64,000 nt of DNA from an uncultured Verrucomicrobiae bacterium (GTDB lineage Bacteria; Verrucomicrobiota; Verrucomicrobiia; Limisphaerales; JAFGQR01), in contig CAWBHS010000060.1 in the NCBI GenBank assembly GCA_963788655.1, forward strand, positions 1 through 64,000. The letters are read 5' to 3'. Below the pieces are notes generated by a model, which was given only the letters and a program-made list of their open reading frames with translations, was not told where the DNA came from and searched no databases. How positions within the stretch are numbered: the first letter of the stretch is position 1; the number at the start of each line of letters is the position of its first letter. A program made the position numbers and the translations under genes. Of this stretch, positions 1 to 8,977 are shown piece after piece.

Positions 1-419
1 CCACAATTTCGCCCGATTCATATTTGAAAAGACCACAGACTCCGGAAAAGCGGCTCTGCAGGCGGAGTGGGAATCTCATTCCAATGGTGAATGAAACGAT
101 CCAGAGCTTGGGGAACGTACCAGTCATCGGAGTCACTTATTGCCAAAAAGCGTCCTACTGCCTCCTGCACTCCGCGGTTAATGGCGGTGTGCTTGCCACC
201 ATTTGGTTTCCAGAAGTAGCGAACTCGAAAGGGAGCAGCCTTCAACCACGGTTTCACGACTTCAGCCGTTTCGTCCGTGGATCCGTCATCGACGATAATC
301 CATTCAAAATCTTTAAAGGTCTGCTCACACAGACTGCTGTAAAGCCGCGGCAATGTATGCGCCCGGTTGTAGGTAGGCGCAAAAACAGAAAATGCAAACC
401 TGTGCTGTGCATTAGTCAT
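1..419 (-). CDS. GT2 family glycosyltransferase, N-terminal part (frameshifted; likely continues beyond window start)
   Basis: ORF 18..419: FSVFAPTYNRA...WIIVDDGSTD...GGKHTAIN...DSDD, typical GT-A motifs. Confidence 0.9.
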
Positions 420-448
420 AAACTGTGAGCTCGCTTACGAATGAAGTG

Positions 449-1236
449 TCAAGGTCGCATCGCGAGGTAATTTTGACCCTTGATTCTAGTGACAGTGAAG
501 CCGTAGCGTCGCAAAAGGTCCAAAACATCTCCTCCAGATCGAGCGGCAAAGTCCAAGTTACTCTCAATAATAATTGTGCGTGGAATAATCGATGAGTGTG
601 CCTCCTTTAAAAAAGGTTCCAGAACTCGGAACTCAAATCCCTCAATGTCGAATTTAGCTACATCAACCTGGTCAAATGCAGCGGCTGAAACCACCTCGAT
701 CAGAGGCTTAGCAACCAACCATAACGCCGCCTTCACCTTCGGCAAGAAACGAGTTGCCGCTGCGGTTGCCCTTTAGTGCAAGCCCAAGGCGCAGCGTTTC
801 GAATTTATCGGAAACTCCGACATTCTTGGAAACAACGTTTTGGAGGCGATTCAAGGCGACGTTTTTTCCAATCTCCTGTAGTTAACCGGATCAGCTTCCA
901 CTGCCGTACTCGACCATGTTTTCCCACTATGCTTGAGGCTATCAGCGTGTAAAAGCCGATGTGAGCTCCAGCATCAAGGAAGCAATCTCCTGCATGAAGA
1001 CAATTCCTAAGATGTCGAATCTCGGCATAGTCATATAACTGAGGGCTGAAGATCAATTGTCCATCAACAGACTCATCCGGCTTAAGGTTCATCTGGTGCC
1101 CAAAAACTTCACTTTGAACCTCAGGTCGATGTTTCCGATTATAAAACAACCTAACGAGTCTGACAAACCTCCCGCAGCCACGAACCCTAGGAAGGCGGCG
1201 AGTCAGGAGCATCAGTAATCGCAACTCTATATTCAT
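449..1236 (-). CDS. FkbM family methyltransferase (frameshifted)
   Basis: ORF 805..1236 (FLDAGAHIGFYTL) plus ORF 449..745 (KFDIEGFEFRVL). Confidence 0.85.
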
Positions 1237-1243
1237 AGATGAT

Positions 1244-2251
1244 TTAAAGGTAACCGTAAGCCTTATTAAGTTTACCCGCTATCTTATCGAAAACATGAAG
1301 ATCCCTCGTATTTAGGTGGGCACACCACCGTTCATCCAAATGAATACCTGATACCTTATCGAATCGCATGCCATTACCTAACACGTGTTGTTCCAGCGAG
1401 CGAAAATCGAGCTGCAGGTTTTCCCTCATCGATGCCAAGCAATTCACAGACTGGCCGTATCGCCTCTGCCGGATCCTCGCACCATTGCTCATAGCGAACC
1501 TCACACCAGCGCGAGGAGGGCAACCGCTCCAGCAGATACTCGGCCTCCTCGTCTACAGCGCCATGCATGAGCACCCCTTGCAAGCTGGCGGTTGTGGGCC
1601 TTTTGGTCGAGCGTCGTTCGCCTTCGCCCAAATCCCCCTCCGCGAAGTTCGGGATCGCGGGAATCGGCAAAGGTGGCCTCGTCCGTCCACGTCAGTGCGA
1701 CACCGCGTCCGTCACGAATCAGGCGGATCACCTTGACGTCCAGGTCACGGTTCCTCAAAAGATACTTAAGGCGGAGGCCATTCTTGCTAGAATCCACAAC
1801 GGTGCTAGCACCGCTCAAGCTTAGAAGCGTTCGGACTATAGCGACATTTCGTTTCTGGACCTCACGTAAATGACGATGCCACCGAGGGTAGAGTGCAAGA
1901 GCCATGTCGCGAATAAATTCCAAATAAAATCCCCGATGCAGTGGGAGCAACATTGTGCGGATGAAGCAATCGTTTGTATTGCGGATGTCTGTTCCGCTGC
2001 GATGTGGGGCGTAATCGATGCCTTGTGATACTAACGCAGTGATGACGCGGGTCCAAAACGGGCAGCGGTTGATCACTTCGCGGCAGGAACATCGGTATTG
2101 CTCGGGTGCATGGGTGCGGACGCCATTCATCTCGCCAACTGTGATGCAACGTCCGGATCGGGTGCCCAGCAGCATGGCCGGCAGAGGTCGAACCGGAGTG
2201 GCTGGCGCCGAGGATGTAGGCTAGATGGGCAGCTAGACAGGTTAAGGGCAT
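1244..2251 (-). CDS. Sulfotransferase (frameshifted across several ORFs)
   Basis: YILGASHSGST (5'-PAPS loop), VVDSSK, VIRLIRDGRGV (3'-PAPS motif) and VRYEQWCEDP in successive frames. Confidence 0.85.
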
Positions 2252-2283
2252 GCTGAAACGCTGAAAAGCTGAAATGCTGAAAA
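2252..2283. repeat. Octamer tandem repeat (GCTGAAAN)x4 abutting the sulfotransferase start codon
   Basis: cat|gctgaaac gctgaaaa gctgaaat gctgaaaa. Confidence 0.85.
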
Positions 2284-2309
2284 GGAGATCGAATGATAGA
2301 AATCAGAGC

Positions 2310-3745
2310 TCAATGGCCAGAGGTCAGGCGGCTTGGGGGGATTCTTCCTCGCCCGGGAGTTCGGTTCGAGTTCTTCTTCTTCGGTAAAGACGGGTAAGCC
2401 CGAAGCCAATGCGCGAGAGCGCTCGACCGAAACGCGTAGCATAAGGAAAATCGAACCCACATGCCTACTGCGCCTTCTCTTGGGTAGAAGGTCTGGCCAC
2501 CCAGGGAACCCACAAGCAGGGCCAGAACCAATGCACAAGCTATGCCGCCAGCCGCTGAGCATAGGGGATCAGATCGGTCCAAGAACAAGTGAAAAGCGTG
2601 CCGGATTATCACAAGGTAAAATGAGGCCAAGAGGAGGAATCCGATCAAACCGCTGTCAAGCAGCACTTCCAAGTATGCATTGTGGGGATGAGGGAAGCTT
2701 TCACCGTATTCTGCCATGAGAAAGTCGCTGATGCCCGTGGTCACCATGGCCTCACGCCCGAACCCGACGAGTGGACTATCGCAGATCTTTTTCAAGACGT
2801 ATGGCCAGGCAATGGTGCGACCGGAGGTTATCTCATAATCATCACGCTCAACCACGATATTTCCCTGCTGGCCACCCATCCCTTGCAGAAATCGTTCCCT
2901 GATCCCCGGAAAAAGTACCTAATATGGTAGCAACTCCAACAGGAATGATTGGCAGAAGCTTGCGCCAACGGACCAAACAAAGAATGAAACCGACTGCCGC
3001 CCAACTAACATAACCCGTCCGGCCACCCGTCAGAGCCTGTGCCACGGCCACCACACCAGCTGCAGCAAATACCGCAGCTTGGTGAAGGCGTTTCCGAAAA
3101 AGCACCAGCGTGGCCAAGACGCACCCAACTTGCGCCCCCCAGCATCATTGACAAGGTCACGCGGTTATAGCCGATTTCATTCTGAATGATTTTCGACGCT
3201 CGTTGTGAAAGCTGGTCTCCAGATGCCATTGCGTAGTGCAAGGGCATCCATTTGATGACCTGAAGAGCCAAAAGGATATAGAGCAGGAGAACCGCTGCCA
3301 TGGCCACATGAACGCGTTTCCGCGTGCGACAACCGTCGAACAGTAGCAATCCCGGCAGCAGAAATTTGAAACCGTTAACGAAATGTTCGCTGATGATGTA
3401 GCTGGTGGGGTAACTGGTTTCGTAGCCTTCGCGGGTCCAAAACAAACGAAGGCTGGCAAGAAAGATCACCGCCAAGTAGGCTAGGAGGAGCCACGCAACA
3501 GAATATGGCATACCCCAAACCAAACCTTGTGCCTGGCGTTGCGAGAACCAGGCAAACAGCACATTGAGAATTAGAATGTTCCATGGATTCAGTCCCTGGA
3601 TGCCAGCAATACTCTTAGGCATGTCGGGATGCTCCATGACTGCCATGAGCAGAATTGCAGCGCAAAGCGAAATAAACCAATTCTTCCAAGCGTAAATGGA
3701 GAATCCAATTACGAACAGGAAGCAAAGTGCAACGCGAATGGACAT
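2310..3745 (-). CDS. O-antigen ligase / Wzy-like polymerase family membrane protein (frameshifted)
   Basis: Multi-TM ORFs 3005..3745, 2848..3117 (LTGGRTGYV) and 2310..2879 (ITSGRT...W, HPHNAYLEVLLDSGLIG). Confidence 0.85.
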
Positions 3746-4022
3746 TCTTAAAAAGCTGAAACGCTGAAAGGCTGAAACGCTGAAAGCGGAGGACAGATGT
3801 CAGAGGACGGAGGACGGACGGCAAGATGACAGATGACAGATGACGGACGACGGAGGACGGAGGACATTGTAAAACGCTGAAACGCTGAAACGCTGAAACG
3901 CTGAAAGCAGAGGTCAGAGGTCAGAGAGTCAGGAGTCGGATGACAGAGGACGGAGGACGGAGGACATTCTAAAACGCTGAAACGCTGAAATTCTAAAAGC
4001 TAAAACGCTGAAAGGCTGAAAT
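3746..4022. repeat. Composite spacer 1: (GCTGAAAC)n octamers alternating with CAGAGGA/CGGAGGA/CAGATGA heptamers
   Basis: Read directly; GGAGGACATT(G/C)TAAAA junctions at ~3860 and ~3959. Confidence 0.9.
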
Positions 4023-4232
4023 GGTTATTGGTGTTTGCGGATCTTGGAAACAATGGTCGTAAATATCGCGAGCAACTCGCCGGTTTCTTGCAGTAACGTG
4101 TCGGTTTCTTTGCCTGTTATGCCGCAGTCGTCGCGTAGTAGTTCAATCCAAAGTTGCGTTTCATCCGCCTCCTGTAGCAGTCCGTCGAGTTTCGAGCAGA
4201 ATTCTGCTTCCGAGCGCGCCCGGGATGCTTCT

Positions 4233-4487
4233 TTAGCCTGTTAAATAATGCCTACACCTGTTTTTGATGTACCGTTTTCCGTATGTGGTCTTTAGATATT
4301 TCTCTCTCCGAAAAGCATCTTGCACACTCAGGCAAGCTTCGTAGTAAATTAATTTTAACGGCCGCCGACCACGAGTGGAAGGAACCTTTCCGAACTCGTG
4401 GAGTGTTATCCGCTTGCGCAAATCCCTCGTGCATCCTGTATAGAACTGCCGATCGAAAGTTGAATGTAGAACGTAGACGTAAATCAT
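4233..4487 (-). CDS. GIY-YIG nuclease family protein (minimal, 84 aa)
   Basis: YVYVL...FYTGCTRDLRKRITLH...STRGRRPLKLIYYE...AFRREKYLKT. Confidence 0.92.
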   Translation of the reverse strand: MIYVYVLHSTFDRQFYTGCTRDLRKRITLHEFGKVPSTRGRRPLKLIYYEACLSVQDAFRREKYLKTTYGKRYIKNRCRHYLTG

Positions 4488-4507
4488 CCGACTATTTCAC
4501 AGGCCAA
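4233..4507. mobile_element. ~275-bp insertion with 15-bp imperfect terminal inverted repeats, carrying a GIY-YIG gene
   Basis: TTAGCCTGTTAAATA (4233-4247) vs TATTTCACAGGCCAA (4493-4507): 13/15 inverted match; removal restores the host reading frame. Confidence 0.8.
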
Positions 4508-4656
4508 GCGTGCGCGGCAACGGAGGTTCCGGAACGGAGTAACTGGTGACCCAAAACTTCGACCTCCTTGCGCGAGCATGGCAGACGGACATAGAAGCGT
4601 ATGATTGACGAAGCAAACCGTTTGGTCCGTTCCCGCAATTCTTCAGGAAGACGCAT

Positions 4657-4806
4657 TTTATTTAAACGCTGAAACGCTGAAACGCTGAAATGCTGAAATC
4701 AGAGGACGGAGGTCAGAGATCAGATGACAGACGACGGAGGACGGAGGACAGACCATTTAAGACCTGAAAGGCTGAAACGCTGAAAGACTGAGATACTGAA
4801 AGACTG
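4657..4806. repeat. Composite spacer 2 (octamers-heptamers-GACAGACCATTTAA-octamers)
   Basis: Read directly. Confidence 0.9.
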
Positions 4807-4820
4807 GCATCGGTTACTCG

Positions 4821-5126
4821 TTATTGGTTATCGAGGGATGGTTCGCCTTGCTGGCGTCCATCCCAGCAGCGAAGAATTTCAACCGTGCGGGACTCGTGCT
4901 GAACTCGGTAAAATACCTTGAACCATTTGGTCACGATGAAACGCCTGATGGCCGGTCGCTGCCGGACTCTTGGGTGACGTTCGGGGAAGAATGTTAAACT
5001 CTCGCTTGCATTGATGATTTGCTCACCCAGTCTTCGTGCGGCAATGGGGTTCTTGTCCGCGATGAAGCATACGATGCGTTCGAGGTCAGCCAGAAAGGTT
5101 TCCTGAAAGATTACCTTGAAGTCCAT
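4821..5126 (-). CDS. RelE/ParE family type II toxin
   Basis: FKVIFQETFLADLERIVCFIADKNPIAARRL...LTFFPERHP...VFYRV...VEILRCWDGRQ. Confidence 0.88.
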   Translation of the reverse strand: MDFKVIFQETFLADLERIVCFIADKNPIAARRLGEQIINASESLTFFPERHPRVRQRPAIRRFIVTKWFKVFYRVQHESRTVEILRCWDGRQQGEPSLDNQ

Positions 5127-5362
5127 TGACCCAGGCGTTGCCGGACTTCGTCTCCAGAATAACCACCGTTTTTCGCGCGGTCGGCTTGGGTAACCGCCTC
5201 GTCCAATGCTGCCAAAACATGAGGGTCATCTTCGGAGCATTCGTGTCCACTTGGCGAAGCTTCTTCTTGCGTGATGTAGGCTTGCCAGGATTTTAGGGCG
5301 AGCTCACGCAGTTGATGTGGGGTCAGATTCTGCAGCTCGTTTTCGATTTCGGTAAAGCTCAT
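5111..5362 (-). CDS. Putative antitoxin (addiction-module type)
   Basis: MSFTEIENELQNLTPHQLRELA...YSGDEVRQRLGQWTSR; overlaps the toxin start. Confidence 0.75.
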   Translation of the reverse strand: MSFTEIENELQNLTPHQLRELALKSWQAYITQEEASPSGHECSEDDPHVLAALDEAVTQADRAKNGGYSGDEVRQRLGQWTSR

Positions 5363-5402
5363 CGTCATCCAACGTAACCGGGTTGAGGCCAAAAGGCCAT
5401 TT

Positions 5403-5530
5403 GCATTTGCAAAAGCTGAAAGGCTGAAAGCAGAGGTCAGATGACAGAGGACAGAGGTCAGAGGACAGACCATTTAAAACCTGAAACGCTGAAAATCTGA
5501 AAGGCTGAAACGCTGAAAGGCTGAAAGGGG
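5403..5530. repeat. Composite spacer 3
   Basis: Octamers, heptamers, GACAGACCATTTAAAA, octamers. Confidence 0.9.
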
Positions 5531-5619
5531 GGCGCGAGGCGCAGTTATCGGCAATCGGGCAAATGAAATTATCGGTTAATGGTCATTCTGTTTCTTGGCA
5601 GGCCATTGCAGGTAAAAGG

Positions 5620-5877
5620 CTAACGCAAGTGCTCCACGTCAAGGATGTGCAGAGTCTTAACCATGTGCTCCGACCACCACGTGACGGTCCATGCATTGAA
5701 CCGCTTGACCTGGCAAGGACGCCCAACGTCGTCGAGTTGAGTGTAATCACCCTTAAGAGTTGGATCTGCGACTAATTGCCCAAAGATCCGAAGCAGCTCT
5801 TCCCGCTGGCGTTTGGTGGCCGAGGAGAACGTATCGAGCACTTCATCATCCACCGTATATCGGTAATCGGCTTTCAA
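5620..5877 (-). CDS. Putative RelE-like toxin, uncharacterised family
   Basis: 85 aa; LVADPTLKGDYTQLDDVGRPCQV...VTWWSEHMVKTLHILDVE; 4-bp overlap with upstream gene. Confidence 0.6.
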   Translation of the reverse strand: MKADYRYTVDDEVLDTFSSATKRQREELLRIFGQLVADPTLKGDYTQLDDVGRPCQVKRFNAWTVTWWSEHMVKTLHILDVEHLR

Positions 5878-6086
5878 GAATCCTCAGGCGAAAGCCGGTC
5901 GTGCAATTGCTGCAATTCTTCCGCCGAGTGGCCTTCGCCCTTCAGGGAGCGATTCAATCGACGCCCTAGTTCGGCTGGCCAGCTCGGATCCTCTTGCTTG
6001 GCTCGGCGGCGCAAGTAGTCTGCCAATTCCAAGCGTTCGTCAGCCGAAAGGTGATCGACGGCTGCTTTAATTTCTGCCACACTCAT
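5874..6086 (-). CDS. Putative antitoxin
   Basis: MSVAEIKAAVDHLSADERLELADYL...DPSWPAELGRRL. Confidence 0.65.
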   Translation of the reverse strand: MSVAEIKAAVDHLSADERLELADYLRRRAKQEDPSWPAELGRRLNRSLKGEGHSAEELQQLHDRLSPEDS

Positions 6087-6127
6087 GGTTTTAATTAACA
6101 TTGGCTACAGATTTTTCAAGAGAAGAA

Positions 6128-6345
6128 AACATTGTAAAACGCTGAAAGCAGAGGTCAGAGGACCGATGACGGAGGACAGCAGTCAGGGGTCAGAGATCAG
6201 CGGTCAGAGATCAGAGGTCAGAGGACGGAGGACAGACCATTTAAAAAGCTGAAACGCTGAAACGCTGAAATGCTGAAAGGCGATTCATTAGGACCAAAGG
6301 ACCAAAGGACCACGGACTAAAGGACTTTCTGAAATGCTGAAAAGA
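6128..6345. repeat. Composite spacer 4 (contains 142-bp direct repeat copy 1, 6141-6282)
   Basis: Near-identical to 7357-7498; followed by GGACCAAA/GGACTAAA units. Confidence 0.9.
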
Positions 6346-6373
6346 GGCGTGACGGTGCTCAAGGTCTTGGTGG

Positions 6374-7162
6374 TCAGTCTTCAGTCTTCGGTTTGCTTCG
6401 TTCACGCGCCTCTGCCATCCGAAGCGCTTCCAATTCCCGCTTCAACGGCTCCCAATAGGCACGGTCCTTTTCCTGTTCGGCGCGTGCTTCTGCGTCGAGT
6501 GCCAGACGCAGGGTGATGATGTCAGTCTCCAGTGCGTGACGGAGCAAAGGGCGTGTGCCCACGAGCGCAGCGCTTTCCGCGGAAAAGCGGTGAACCAACT
6601 CAATAAGCCGTTCCGGACCGCGTGCTTCCGTCAGCCAAAAACGGATCCGCTCGGGTGAGGGCTCCATGCCGGTGGCGTGGTAATGCCCTTCCACCAACGC
6701 CTCAATGATGGGCCAGTCCTTGGTGCGCTGGGTCTTCTTTGCTTGAACAAGGTCTTCCACCGCCAGCAGTTCAAACGTGTCGCCATTTTCTTCAGCCAAG
6801 GTAGTGCGACGCGCCCATAGGTCCGTAAAGTCCGGGAGTCCTCGAAGCCGGGTCATGAGGTCCACGCGCAGACCGTCTGCTGCCGGGTGCCGGCACCGAA
6901 AATGCACCGCGTGACCACGCGCCAGCAAGGTGGAATCAAAGGGTGGGACGGCAATTCGCACCGCCTGCAATTCATCGAGCGCCGCGCGGAGCCGAGAGAA
7001 ATTCTCCTCCGCGGCCAGCAGGGCGAGGTCCACGTCCTTACTAAACTGAGCCGCGCCGTAAAACACGCAGGCCTGGCCGCCCATAAGCAGGGCCTGCACC
7101 CGATGCTTGCGGATCGTGGAAAGGACTTGTCGGATCGGGGTCGGGATCAAGGCTGCCTCCAA
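6374..7162 (-). CDS. Pol-beta-type nucleotidyltransferase-like protein
   Basis: LLMGGQACVFYGAAQFSKDVDL (GG...DxD), VDLM, LVQAKKTQRTKD. Confidence 0.7.
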   Translation of the reverse strand: MEAALIPTPIRQVLSTIRKHRVQALLMGGQACVFYGAAQFSKDVDLALLAAEENFSRLRAALDELQAVRIAVPPFDSTLLARGHAVHFRCRHPAADGLRVDLMTRLRGLPDFTDLWARRTTLAEENGDTFELLAVEDLVQAKKTQRTKDWPIIEALVEGHYHATGMEPSPERIRFWLTEARGPERLIELVHRFSAESAALVGTRPLLRHALETDIITLRLALDAEARAEQEKDRAYWEPLKRELEALRMAEARERSKPKTED

Positions 7163-7265
7163 TGCTCAGGTAGTACGCAAACAACTCCTCACTGCGACGG
7201 AATCGCTCCAAGGGAGTCAGGTCGAGCCACTCCTTCCATTCGTCGGGCAATTGCTCGTAGAGCAT
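7041..7265 (-). CDS. Small hypothetical partner of the nucleotidyltransferase-like gene
   Basis: MLYEQLPDEWKEWLDLTPLERFRRSEELFAYYLSIGGSLDPDPDPTSPF; directly upstream and overlapping. Confidence 0.6.
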   Translation of the reverse strand: MLYEQLPDEWKEWLDLTPLERFRRSEELFAYYLSIGGSLDPDPDPTSPFHDPQASGAGPAYGRPGLRVLRRGSV

Positions 7266-7286
7266 GTTTTTAGATGCTGACTGACT

Positions 7287-7527
7287 CAAAAGCTGAAATT
7301 CTGAAACGCTGAAACGCTGAAAAACTGCTGATTAGGACTAAAGGACTTTCTGAAATGCTGAAAGCAGAGGTCAGAGGACCAATGACGGAGGACAGCAGTC
7401 AGGGGTCAGAGGACAGCGGTCAGAGATCAGAGGTCAGAGGACGGAGGACAGACCATTTAAAAAGCTGAAACGCTGAGATGCTGAAATGCTGAAAGGCGGA
7501 CTGAGTAAAACGCTAAAAGGCTGGAAA
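7287..7527. repeat. Composite spacer 5 (contains 142-bp direct repeat copy 2, 7357-7498)
   Basis: Read directly. Confidence 0.9.
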
Positions 7528-7542
7528 TGTTGGGGTCTTCAT

Positions 7543-7798
7543 TCAAGCACGTTCGATATTGATGACGCGCAATTCCTTAACGTGATTATCCAACCAAAAT
7601 GTGATGAAGAATCCCTCATGGAGTCTGATCTGAACCGTCCTGCCGGGTACTGTCGCGCGCTTCGTAATCACCTCGCTGGTAAGGATTCGCCGCCAATTCA
7701 TGCAAGACTTTGATCAAACCTTCCCTTTGGCGTGATTTACAGCCAAAAAGAAACTCCACCGAACTCTGACTCAAGATGAATTGCCAGTCCGAACTCAC
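7543..7798 (-). CDS. Putative RelE-like toxin, paralog of 5620-5877 (frameshift near 7640)
   Basis: MSSDWQFIL...LAANPYQRGDYEARDST / VQIRLHEGFFITFWLDNHVKELRVINIERA*. Confidence 0.6.
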
Positions 7799-8007
7799 AG
7801 GCCTTCAGCTTTCAGAGCATCGTGCAGCCGGGTCACTTGCTCCAATGAAAACTTCTTGCCAGTATCAATTTCGTCATTGAGCCGGGCGAGTTCTGCCTGA
7901 TAGCTCGGATCATCCACCCGGGCCAAATGCTTCAAATAGGCGGCGAGATAGACTCGTTCTTCGGGAGTCAGGTTCTCCGCAGTCTTCTTAATCTCAGTTG
8001 TTGACAT
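7795..8007 (-). CDS. Putative antitoxin, paralog of 5874-6086
   Basis: MSTTEIKKTAENLTPEERVYLAAYL...DDPSYQAELARLN. Confidence 0.65.
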   Translation of the reverse strand: MSTTEIKKTAENLTPEERVYLAAYLKHLARVDDPSYQAELARLNDEIDTGKKFSLEQVTRLHDALKAEGL

Positions 8008-8041
8008 ATTTACAATACTTGCCCGAGGCGGGCTGGTAATC

Positions 8042-8175
8042 AAACGCTGACTGAAGAAAAAGCTGAAAAGCTGAAAAGCTGACAAACTCAAACGCTGAAA
8101 CGCTGAGAAGCTGAAAAGCAGAGAACGAGGACAGCGTGAGGTCAGAGGACAGCCGTCAGTGGTCAGAGGTCAGAA
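8042..8175. repeat. Composite spacer 6
   Basis: GCTGAAAA octamers then CAGAGG heptamers. Confidence 0.85.
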
Positions 8176-8233
8176 ATGCAACAATAAGGATGTTATCACT
8201 CCAATCAGGTTTGCTTTCCAACGACACGGCTAT

Positions 8234-8329
8234 TTACGTCTCAAGAGCAGCTAGACGCACCACTTCCAGGTCGGCCGAGGCCATCCAAAGCCAATCCGCC
8301 GGGTTTCCCGCGTCAGTTTTCCTGGGCAA
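8234..8329 (-). pseudogene. Truncated HEPN-like partner of the MNT gene
   Basis: TTG start, MPRKTDAGNPADWLWMASADLEVVRLAALET*; overlaps MNT stop; resembles HEPN helix 1. Confidence 0.55.
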
Positions 8330-8672
8330 TGAGCACTCCTTCCCGGAGCACGGTGGCAAAGAAGGCGTCGTGAGCCGCTTTCTTTTCCGCCAATCGCTCC
8401 AGGGCAATCGGCAGGAGGGTGAAAGCAGGCTTGGGGCGAATGGGCCTCATGGCGTGGCGGAAAGATTGCGCGGCTTTGAGCTGTGCCGCAGCGCCCTCTG
8501 CCACGACGCAAAGATCAACGTCGCTATCGGCGCGAGCCTCGCCACGGGCGTGCGAACCAAAAAGATAAACTGCCTTGAGCGGCATCACCCGATTCATGGC
8601 CTCAAGGCATCGCACCAAGCTGTCATGCTGGGAATGCAACGAAGCAGGCAGGTTGTCCATTAAGAGTTTCAT
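8313..8672 (-). CDS. Minimal nucleotidyltransferase (MNT, MntA-like)
   Basis: VYLFGSHARGEARADSDVDLCVV. Confidence 0.9.
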   Translation of the reverse strand: MKLLMDNLPASLHSQHDSLVRCLEAMNRVMPLKAVYLFGSHARGEARADSDVDLCVVAEGAAAQLKAAQSFRHAMRPIRPKPAFTLLPIALERLAEKKAAHDAFFATVLREGVLIAQEN

Positions 8673-8696
8673 AACTGGAGACGACTTGAAAGGCGG

Positions 8697-8775
8697 ACTG
8701 AAGAAAACGCTGAAACATTCTAAAACGCTGAAAACGCTGAAAACCTGAAATGCTGAAAGGCTGAAAACTGAAAGG
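8697..8775. repeat. Spacer 7 (octamer run with ACATTCTAAAA motif)
   Basis: Read directly. Confidence 0.85.
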
Positions 8776-8797
8776 TTCGGGGAGCGGTTATCAATGG

Positions 8798-8977
8798 TCA
8801 TTTATCAGTGGATGGCCGCTGGGGTTGCCGCCGCTGCCGCAATGAACTGGAGGCGATGAGCCTACTGCGGTCGCGCAATTTCTCCAGCAGCGCGAGTTTT
8901 TCCGCAAATGGGAGGGCAGCCAGTTGTTTGCGTGTCACCTGCTTGTCGGCCAGGATTCTTTCGGTCAGCGGAATCAT
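8798..8977 (-). CDS. Small hypothetical protein (59 aa; not in the ORF track)
   Basis: MIPLTERILADKQVTRKQLAALPFAEKLALLEKLRDRSRLIA...; ATGA overlap with the upstream gene. Confidence 0.6.
   Translation of the reverse strand: MIPLTERILADKQVTRKQLAALPFAEKLALLEKLRDRSRLIASSSLRQRRQPQRPSTDK

Larger units (their letters stand above)
4025..4656 (-). pseudogene. Four helix bundle (23S rRNA IVP-like) protein interrupted by a GIY-YIG mini-element
   Basis: MRLPEELRERTKRFASSIIRFY...QLLRSGTSVAAHA (4656-4507) resumes as EASRARSEAEFCSKLDGLLQEADETQLWIELL...SKIRKHQ* (4231-4025). Confidence 0.88.
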
